NCBI GenBank assembly: GCA_951406725.2 | Contig: OX597826.1 | Span: 51,832,001 to 51,896,000 of the forward strand | Direction of reading: 5' to 3' | DNA: 64,000 nt | DNA from: Octopus vulgaris | Taxonomy: Eukaryota | Shown here: in pieces, positions 53,925 to 64,000 of the stretch | How the letters are laid out: every line of letters begins with the position of its first letter | Numbering within the stretch: position 1 is the first letter of the stretch | Notes under the pieces: model-generated | Databases searched by the model: none | What the model was told of the DNA's origin: nothing | The model's input: the letters and a program-made list of their open reading frames with translations, nothing else | Program-made: the position numbers and the translations under genes

Positions 53925-54112
53925 AGAGGTAATGTTATGACAACAAAAGAATGAATAAGACCACGATATTATGCAAATAGAAGAATTTCTCTGTAATACA
54001 ATACGTGAGAATTATTCGGTTGCCATAATGTAACTCCTAGTTTCTGATGTCGGGACGGAAATCTGCTCCGGCATCAACTCAATAAAAAAACTCGGACTTT
54101 TATTACGGCAAC
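53925..54112 (-). mobile_element. Diverged copy of the 52895 repeat, ending in a short inverted fragment
   Basis: Homologous to 52900-53045 with a mutated hammerhead core. AAAACTCGGACTTTTATTACGGCAAC (~54087-54112) is the same motif in the opposite orientation. Confidence 0.6.
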
Positions 54113-55031
54113 AGTACAGAGCTCGACCACCTCCAGATTTCATCCGATACTATGCAGTAGTAGTAGTATATGTACTGCCAGTGTTGAGTTCGGGCTTTGC
54201 AGCATAATGTCGGCTAGCCACATCGAATGTTGGTAATACCCAAGTTATAGACTCTGGTTGTTATCCTTGCTTGGTCAATGTGAGTGTCCCTTTCAGGACT
54301 GTATAGTTTCCATAAATAATAACAGGAATAAAGGTCAGAAGAACGGTTATTTACAACATTATGTTATGCATATTAATATTTGATTGAAGGTCATGCATCC
54401 ATTTCCAAGTCAGTTTATCTTAATCATTTTGATGCGACTTTACCCAATACGATTCTCTCTCTCTCTACCTTTTTCTCTCATCTTTTATCCAATTCTTTTT
54501 TCTCCCCTTCACCGTTTTCTATCTGTCTCTCTCTACTCCTCTTTCTCATTTTCTCTCTCTCTCGTTGCTCGCACGTGACCATCGTCCATCTTTCTTTTCC
54601 TAAGGTGATCATCTTTCTTTTGTTGCAGGGCTGTCCTACAGGTTGGACATGTCCTCTCTCTTTCTCTTCTATCTTTTCTCTTGTCAAACAAAATTCGCTA
54701 TTTTATCTTCGTCTCGCCTAACGAGCCGCCATGTTTGTTTCCGTTCGGTTTCCTTGTTTGTCACCACTATCTCGTTTTTATTACCAGCTTTGACCCTCCA
54801 TAAAATCCCACATTGTATTTTGGCTTCTGTGCGAGTAACTGCCTTTGAAAACTCATATTGTCGTTGAATGCTCAAAACGAGGATTAGATATGCAGCCGGT
54901 ATCTGATGAAGGGTCATTTTTTATGTTACTTGTCCTGTTGTCCATTTGTTCCTCTCGTTGTTTTGCGTATTCAACATATTTGCTTTCGTATTTCATGTTG
55001 TTTACTGTTTCTGACGTTCTGTAGTCATATA

Positions 55032-55099
<68 letters not shown>

Positions 55100-55182
55100 G
55101 GTCCCGGGTTGATTCGGGGTTAACCACAGTAAATAAGGTACTCAATACATAGCAGAGTAACATTAATTTATTATATAGAAGG

Positions 55183-55233
55183 AGCTTCTACAGGACTAGA
55201 ACTGTTTCATTCAAGAGAAATCTTCAGGAAGCT
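55183..55233 (-). ncRNA. Type I hammerhead ribozyme (inverted copy)
   Basis: Exact reverse complement of 59857-59907. Confidence 0.78.
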
Positions 55234-55589
55234 AGTTAACAAGAATTGTATTGGCATTTATACATTTAGGCAGGTTTAAAGGGGTGGTGGTGGGGGACTT
55301 TTTTGGGGGTAGGCATAGCGCAAAATATCATACTTGGGGGAGTGGTCAAGGAGTCAGTGGTAAATTAGATAAAAGAATAAATAAAAGAATAAAAAAATAA
55401 TAAAATAAAAAAATAAAAAAATAAAAATATATATATAAAAAAGAATAGAGTTTTAGGTAAATAAGGGGATTCTCACTTATACCTATACACATATGTATAC
55501 ATATATACACACACACACACACATATATACATACACACATACATACACACACACACATATACATATATATACACATACACATACCTTAG

Positions 55590-56589
55590 ATTACCTTAGA
55601 ATCCAACTTAACCAAAGCTAACCTCCTTGACGTCACCCTCGACTTAAAAACCTCACTTTATTACCCGTACCACAAACCTAATGAATCCCTTAGATATATA
55701 GATATTAATTCCAACCACCCCAAAAATATATTAGATAACCTAGTAAAAAGTGTCTCAATTAGAATTTCTAGCCTGTCCGCCACGGAAGATATCTTTAAGG
55801 CCGCAGCCCCCTATTACAACGAGGCCCTGGCCCGCAGTGGCTTTAATGATAAGATTACCTATACTAGTATAGCCCCACGCCAACCCAGGAAAAATAGACG
55901 AAGACACATTAGCTGGTACAACCCCCCTTCAACCGTGAGGTCGCTACACCTGTAGCTAAAACCTTCTTCACTCTCCTACAGAAACACTTCCCCACCCAAC
56001 ATAAGTACTACACTATCCTAAATAAGAACACTATTAGACTCTCCTACTCTACCACGCCCAATCTAGCCAGGAACCTAGCCAACAACAATGTGAAAAACTT
56101 AACATATCTACTTTTTCCGAGGCCCATCCAACGTCCGATAGCAATTGCAACTGCCCTGATAAAACCACCTGCCCCCTCAACAACAACTGCCTACAGAGGG
56201 ACCTAGTATATACATGCGAGGTAAGATCAGGCCCTGACGATAAAAGAAAATCCTACATCGGAATGACGTCAAACAGCTTTAAGACCCGTTGGTACGCACA
56301 CACACACTCGTTCCGGCGACAGGATAAATCCAACCAAACTACCCTCGCCGCCCACATCTGGTACCTTAAAAGGAACTCCATCCCCTTCAAGACCAAGTGG
56401 AAACTACTACAGAAGGCGCGTTCGTACACAGGAGGCCATACCTGCAGTGACCTTTGCATTTCGGAGAGCCTAGAGATCTTGTTCGCCAAAGGCCCTCTCC
56501 TTAACAAAATCTCAGAACACTCCCCAAATTGCATGCATAAGAAGTATGCAAACTACAAGAACTATAGACCTACCCGGCAACCAGATTGA
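55590..56589 (+). pseudogene. PLE polyprotein C-terminus: RT end/thumb, linker and GIY-YIG endonuclease (frameshifted)
   Basis: ITLESNLTKANLLDVTLDL..YYPYHKPNESLRYIDINSNHP...RRRHISWYNPPF/...NKNTIRLSYS/...CNCPDKTTCPLNNNCLQRDLVYTCEV..KSYIGMTSNSFKTRWYAHTHSF...TTLAAHIW...DLCISE. VY...YIG is the GIY-YIG motif. At least two frameshifts. Confidence 0.9.
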
Positions 56590-56679
56590 TGACACCCCAC
56601 CCACAACCCCCCCAATCCCACCGTTCCCCTAGCACCCCCGATTACCTTTTCTCCTAAGACCTTTCACATATTGTACGTG

Positions 56680-56774
56680 CACGCTTGTATATGTGTATCG
56701 TATATATGTATAGAAATGTATGGGTATAGTAGGAATATACGCATGTATTATGCGTGTGTGTGTATGTATGTAAA

Positions 56775-56825
<51 letters not shown>

Positions 56826-57669
56826 TATATGTATATATGTGTGTATGCATATGTATGTGTATATGTATGTGTGTATGTATGGGTATGTATGTATAAAATA
56901 TTATATAATTAGGGCTTAGTAAAATAAATTACTTTGCCACATACTGAACTTTCTAGAAATAGCAGCCAAAAAAGTTTTTTAGCCTCTTCCACTACTTAGA
57001 GAATATTTTCTCTCAGACATTGTTTACTCAAAAAAATAATGGTCCTTTTACATACTGAATACTTGGTGAAATTGATTAATAACTAATTAACTTTACCATC
57101 AATTGTTGATATATGTATGTGTGTATATATATATATATATGTGTATGTATGTATATATATATATATATATGTATGTGTATGTGTGTGTGTGTGTGTATAT
57201 ATATATGTATGTGTGTGTATATGTGTATTTATGTATATATATATATATATGTGTATATGTATGTGTGTGTATATGTATATATGTATATATATGAGTGTAC
57301 GCGAGTATGTCGATGTATATGTAGGTATGTAGATGTGCATGTATGTGAGTGTAGATACAAATTGTAGATGGGTATACATATATGTGTGTGTATATATACA
57401 TGTATATATGTATATGTATGTGTGTGTATATATATGTATATATATATATATGTATATGTGGGTATGTAGAGTTATAAGTATGTGCATATGTATGTATGTG
57501 TGTATATGTATGTATATGTATGTGTATGTGTATGTATGTATATATATGTGTGTGTGTGTGTATGTGTGTATATGTATGTATATATGTATATATGTGTATA
57601 TGTGTACGTGTGGGTATATATGTGTATGTATATGTATATGTGTGTGTATATGTATGTGTGTATATATAT

Positions 57670-57703
<34 letters not shown>

Positions 57704-57900
57704 GTGTATATGTATATGTATGTGTATATATGTATATATGTGTATGTGTGAATATGTGTATGTATACATATGTGTATGTATGTATGTATGTATGTATGTA
57801 TATATGTATGTATATATGTGTGTAAGTGTGTGTATATATGTATATGTAAGTGTGTGTGCGTGTATGAGTATGTACGTATGTTTGCACACAAGTATATGTG

Positions 57901-57943
<43 letters not shown>

Positions 57944-58126
57944 ATATATATGTATGTGTGTGTGTATATATATGTGTGTATGTATATGTATGTATGTATA
58001 TATATATGTTTGTGTATGTGTATGTGTATATGTACATACACGTGTACGCTCGTGTGTTTATGTATATGTAGGCACGTAGAGTTATCTATGTGTGTATGTA
58101 TATGTACATAAGTGTAGGTATGTATA

Positions 58127-58197
<71 letters not shown>

Positions 58198-58567
58198 GTG
58201 TGTAAGTTTATATGTATGTATCCGTCTGTATAATAGGTAACCGCACGTACATATACTTAATATTTATTATTTATTTTTTGAGTATGCATGTATGAATAAC
58301 TGCGCGTATATATATTTTATTATTTATTTTTTGAGTATGCATATAAGTATGAATATAAGGAGGCGCGCGTGTGTGTGTGCGTATGTGTAAGCATAGATAT
58401 ATGTATACTTTTACGCATGTGTGTACTTATGTTTATATATGGATGCGCGCGCGCGCGCGCGTGTGTGTATGGGTACGCATGTACATGTGTATGTGCGTGT
58501 ATGTGTATATGTGTATGTATGTGTGTGCGTATATTTGTATATGTATGTATGTATATGTATGTATGTG

Positions 58568-58616
<49 letters not shown>

Positions 58617-58799
58617 ATGTGTATATGTGTATGTGTATGTATTTGTGTGTATGCACGCGCGTATATATATGTATGTATATGTATATGTGTGGGTGTGTGT
58701 ATGTGTATATATGTATGTATGTATGGATGTATGGATGTATGTATGTATGTATACGTATGTATGTGTATGTGTGTATATGTATGTATGTGTGTGTATATG

Positions 58800-58844
<45 letters not shown>

Positions 58845-59590
58845 GTATATATATATATATATGTATGTATTTGTATGTAGGTGTATATGTATGTGTGTAT
58901 ATATATTTTTTGGTGTATATGTATAGACTAGCCTTCTAAGAGTGTAGACATGAATCTGTAGGTACGCGTACGTATGTGTATATACGTGAATGTATATAGA
59001 TGTATGTATGTATGAATATAACGCGTGCGTGCGTGTATGTGTATGAGTGTACGAATGAGTGAGTGTGCGTGCGTGAATGAGTGCTTGTTTTCAAGTAGAA
59101 AGAATAATGGACTTGCTGTCATAGCCAAGATGCTTGTGACCAGCGGTCAAAGATAACAAAAGTAATAAATGAAGATAATAAAATTAAAATTAGGGAATGG
59201 GTCTGTTTTTGTATGTATATATATGTGTGTATGTGTAGGTATGTATAGGTACACATATGTATATATATATATATGTATATATATGTATATATGTGTGTAT
59301 GTGGATATGTGTGTGTATGCGTGTATGTGTATGTGTGTGTATGTATATATATTTTTCTGTGTGTATATGTATGTGTGGTCGTGTATGTATATATACATGT
59401 GTGTATATGTGTATGCATGTGTGTGTGTGTATGTATATATATATATATATATAGATATATATATATAGGTATGTGTATGTGTAGATATGTGTATGTATGT
59501 GTATGTGTATATATATGTATATGTGTGTGTGTGTATGTATGTGTGTATGTATATATGTGTGTGTGTGTGTATATATGTATACATATGTGT
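56680..59590. repeat. ~2.9-kb complex (TA)/(TG)/(TATG) microsatellite region, apparently inside the PLE 3' region
   Basis: Seen directly. It is interrupted by short unique islands (~56890-57105, ~58220-58370, ~58925-59210). Confidence 0.9.
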
Positions 59591-59856
59591 ATAGGTATAA
59601 GTGAGAATCCCCTTATTTACCTAAAACTCTATTCTTTTTTATATATATTTTTTTATTTTTTTATTTTTTTATTTTTTTATTTTATTATTTTTTTTTTTTA
59701 TTCTTTTATTTATTCTTTTATCTAATTTACCACTGACTCCTTGACCACTCCCCCCAGTATGATATTTTGCGCTATGCCTACCCCCAAAAAAGTCCCCCAC
59801 CACCACCCCTTTAAACCTGCCTAAATGTATAAATGCCAATACAATTCTTGTTAACT

Positions 59857-59907
59857 AGCTTCCTGAAGATTTCTCTTGAATGAAACAGTTCTAGTCCTGT
59901 AGAAGCT
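59857..59907 (+). ncRNA. Type I hammerhead ribozyme in the PLE terminal repeat
   Basis: AGCUUC (59857-62), CUGAAGA (59863-69), stem II UUC/GAA with a UCUU loop, GAAA (59882-85), stem III CAG/CUG with loop UUCUAGUC, cleavage triplet GUA (59899-901), then GAAGCU (59902-07), which pairs with the 5' AGCUUC. AATAAA follows shortly after. Confidence 0.8.
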
Positions 59908-60039
59908 CCTTCTATATAATAAATAAATAAATATATATATATATATATAGTCGGTTAAACTTTTGATTAATCTGCAACAAGATTATTCATCTTTCTATTT
60001 CACATATATATATATATATATATATCTTATTTATATTAT

Positions 60040-60086
<47 letters not shown>

Positions 60087-61192
60087 AAAGGATGTGTTAC
60101 AACACATGTACAAAAGCACCCATACCTCCATCATCCATCATCCAACATACCTCCATCTTCAGCTGATCATTATTGTTCCGACATATGTGCAGTACCATTG
60201 AATACGGCGGTGTCAACAATGCTAAAATAAATGTTGCTTGGGAACAAACATACAAAAAAACCCCAACTTTCAAACACATTTACCCTATAAGCAACAGTAT
60301 CGGTAAATAAATTCAAAAAGCAAATCTATAACCGCCTCCTAAATATGTATGTAAACAGCAACCAAACCTTTCTGCCATACAATAAATATTCCCTACAGTC
60401 TTCCATAGTATAATATAAAAGTGAAAGCTCAATAACCACATTCATTCAATCTAAATATAGGCGGGATTAAACACTAACTTTAAAATTAAACTACAACAAA
60501 GAAGCACATAAATCTATGTACGCTTGTATCGGTATTCATAGTTGAACTCTAATAACTAAATTATATACGAAAATAGCAACCAATCTTTAAGTCCATACAA
60601 ATAATAATCTCACCAGTCTTCTATAGTTACTACTATAATAAAAAAAGTGGAAGTTTGTATTTAATTCTCTCCAAAACAAAACACGACTGAATTTAATTTA
60701 ACAACTGATATAATAATTATGAGTGAAATACATTATTTCATAATTAAACAGTTAATAATAAAAACACTACATACTCATTAATATATATTACCCTCACAAT
60801 CTTTAATGTAAATTACCAGTAACGAATAGAAACATTACATTTTATTAAAGGGGAACTTGTAATTAACTATTATTATAAAACTACGAATTATTCACACTTA
60901 CATTTTTTTTATCAGACCACGCTGTTCTATCACCTCTAAAACTTAAACCACCATCTTAACTATTGATGACATAGTGCGTAATTACTACTTCATGAATTGT
61001 GTCAAACAACATTAGTGGCGTAAGTAAGCAAATAACTTGAATTGTAAACACTCCAAATTTTACAAATATCTGCAAAGTTGAAGACTAGATACTACCCTAT
61101 ATTTATTTAAAATTTCAAGTCTCCCACCTACACAGAAATTAAAATTGTTCGCCACTTTACCATATTCATACCATTGTTTAACTAAATATGTT

Positions 61193-61236
<44 letters not shown>

Positions 61237-61674
61237 CATATTATTGTTTACAATAATATGAAGTGGCATAGCATGTGCAAAAAATTACCATAAGGTAAAT
61301 TATTGATTAATAATTAAGGGAGTCAGAAGTAGCACCAGTAGCTAAAAGTTGCAGTCTGAAGACGACTACCACCCCAAATTTTTACTGATACACATTAATT
61401 GAAATCGGGGAAGTCATCCAGAAACTCTGTCATAAATATGTCGGTGATCCATGCTAACATTTTGATATAATCTATTCCGCCCAGGCCCTCTATTTTCCCT
61501 GCCAAATGTGTTACTATATTTGTTAGTAAACTTGTTACGTTTTTCATTTTATTCTTCTCATAAATAGATGCACATATGTGCGTATGAATATGTGTGGTTG
61601 CGTGTATGTGTGTGGCAGATATATGTATATATAAAAAGAGAGAGAGAGAGAGAAGTAGTGTGTGTACATACAGG

Positions 61675-61929
<255 letters not shown>

Positions 61930-62499
61930 TTTATTTCTTTAGAAAATAGAGCAATAATTTATTTCTAATATATTTACCCAGCTGTAAGCTCATATATATA
62001 ATGATTTCGTTTCAATTTGTCAATAAATATTCTTCCCATATTCTGAATTCTATCAAATATTTTACTGATTTAATGTATTTAGAAAGGAAAAATTACATGA
62101 AAATATAATCCTCTATTCAATTTCTTATCACATCTGAAACTGGCGCCTTGGCAATGTTAGAAACAAAATAATACCTAATGATTTACTTTTTATATATGTA
62201 TTACATATTTTCATTATCAATTTTACGATTGAAGTTTTATGAAATGATATTCATGATAAGAAATGAACAACACAGCGATAACTCGAGCATATAGACTTCT
62301 GTGAGATTATCCTTTATTTAGAAGAATAATATACTCCATTTTACAATGGTGCCACTGTGTTTAAATGCGTAATTTGATTAAAAGGAATTTGGAACAGGAA
62401 CTCTGTTGCTTTCCTGTATTAAATAATTCCGGACTTTTTTATGTCCATACTTCTTCTTTACCTTGAGACACATATATGCATGCAGACAAATACACGGGC

Positions 62500-62501
<2 letters not shown>

Positions 62502-62588
<87 letters not shown>

Positions 62589-62629
62589 CGCGTGTGTGCG
62601 TGTGTGTGTGTATGAATGTATGTATGAAT

Positions 62630-62661
<32 letters not shown>

Positions 62662-62675
62662 GTATATGTATATAA
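62502..62675. repeat. Compound (TA)n/(TG)n microsatellite
   Basis: Seen directly. Confidence 0.95.
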
Positions 62676-64000
62676 TCAATAATAATAAATGGTAACAGTA
62701 ATTAATTAACTAGTAATTAATAATTCCATCAAGTACTTATTTGGCATGTTAAAAGGACCATTTTTCGGTACACATATACAATATTTTATAATTATGAGTA
62801 TAATTATAAGTAGGGTTCAGCAAAGATTTGCTTTACCAAATACCGAACTTTAGAAATAGCAACCAAAGAACCTTAGCTATTTCTTCTTCTATAAGAAGAA
62901 ACTCCCGGATAACAAAATACTCAAAATAACCCACGTAGACATAGAGGAAAAATAACGAAATGATCGATATAATTTGGCCTGGTTAACATCATGTGCTTTC
63001 TTTTGAAACGTTCGACATCCCGTAGCATTTGGGTTGTTTGTTCTTTGCTTTTCTGTCGCACCCATGTAAGTAGGTTGGGCAGTGAAAATTTGAAAATGGA
63101 TATATCAGAAAAATTTTACTACTGATTTCAAATTGTGATGCGTCTACAATCATTGATAAAAATGTTGTTTCCATGGATAGATTTCTTCTAGTTCCGTTCA
63201 TAATAAAAAGCGTAGGTTTGATGATGCAATTTTATATATTTACATCTAGATGTTATCGCAAAGAAAACTTCTGTTTCTTTCGAGTACTCAGTCTAAATAT
63301 AAATTTCTACTTCAAATCTTTCCAGACTACATTTCCAGAACATTTCATGAAATCTGTTTTCTATCTCTTTTGACAGGTATATTCAATTGGATTAAAAGAC
63401 CGGGATTATGCCTGGCTACTGACTGAACATGATTATATACGATCAACAGAACGATATCACTCTTTCCCGATTGGATCGCTTTCTTTTTCGTTGAGCGTCA
63501 CTATAAACCAAGAACATATAGTCAGTGACGTTGTTAATCTTATAAGCCAGGCCATGTCTCATATTAAGCATCTACCGTTTGGTAGTAAGCGTGAATGTTC
63601 AAAAATTGCAAACTCTAAACAAATAGCTCGGGGTAAAGCACTATACAAGTAAGTATCATGTCATTTCATTTTTATTTATTCAACATTATTTTTCTATGAT
63701 TGATGATGTAATGTCTGGCGATTCTGAAGTGATTCATAATCTCTAGATATGTAAGTAGTATGCGCATATATAAAAAGATACACCCACATATCAGACATAA
63801 CGTAAATTTTCGTATATATCGATATATATGTATATGTACACACGCACTCGCACACATACACACAAACACACACACACACACATCCATCCATCCATATATG
63901 TAGAACTATATAAGTACGTGTATGAATATTATCGCTGATGCCTGTAAAAAGTAAGTATCTAATGCATAAGGTATAGTGTGATATATATATATATATTTTG

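Larger units (their letters stand above)
55097..59930 (+). mobile_element. Penelope-like element, 5'-truncated, with an inverted copy of its terminal repeat at the 5' end; inserted in (TA)n
   Basis: RT-thumb + GIY-YIG ORF remnant at 55590-56589. 55166-55584 is the reverse complement of 59495-59924. (TA)n lies on both flanks. Confidence 0.9.

Noticed and set aside
54836-54915. GAAA...CTGATGA arrangement as a type II hammerhead (also ~42585-42650 on the - strand)
   Set aside because: CTGATGA is conserved in both copies, but I could not build consistent stems I-III.
57083-59725. Long ORFs (up to 312 aa) rich in Y/I/H/T/C/V/M, and similar ORFs across the window
   Set aside because: They are translations of (TA)n/(TG)n/(CA)n microsatellites, which lack stop codons in most frames. 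They are not genes.

Overview
AT-rich, microsatellite-saturated eukaryotic DNA. The SINE families and the (TA)n/(TATG)n/(TG)n content strongly suggest an octopus (coleoid cephalopod) genome; this is inferred from pattern recall, not from a database search. Almost all ORFs in the track are microsatellite artefacts. I can support only one host exon: 40392-40709 (+), 318 nt, phase 0-0, encoding an NMDA-receptor-like/ANF_receptor amino-terminal domain segment, so most of the window is probably intron. The rest is mobile DNA: several tRNA-derived SINE families (two copies with clear TSDs), an RTE LINE 3' fragment with a TSD, a hAT-type MITE with an 8-bp TSD, a Tc1/mariner remnant and two Penelope-like elements (PLEs). 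The most interesting structure is the PLE at 55097-59930. Its ~420-bp terminal repeat occurs twice in inverted orientation, and each copy carries an intact type I hammerhead ribozyme. A second, unrelated hammerhead lies at 52989-53049 (-). The window also has degenerate hammerhead remnants, two large foldback palindromes and a 2x2 head/tail shuffle among SINEs.
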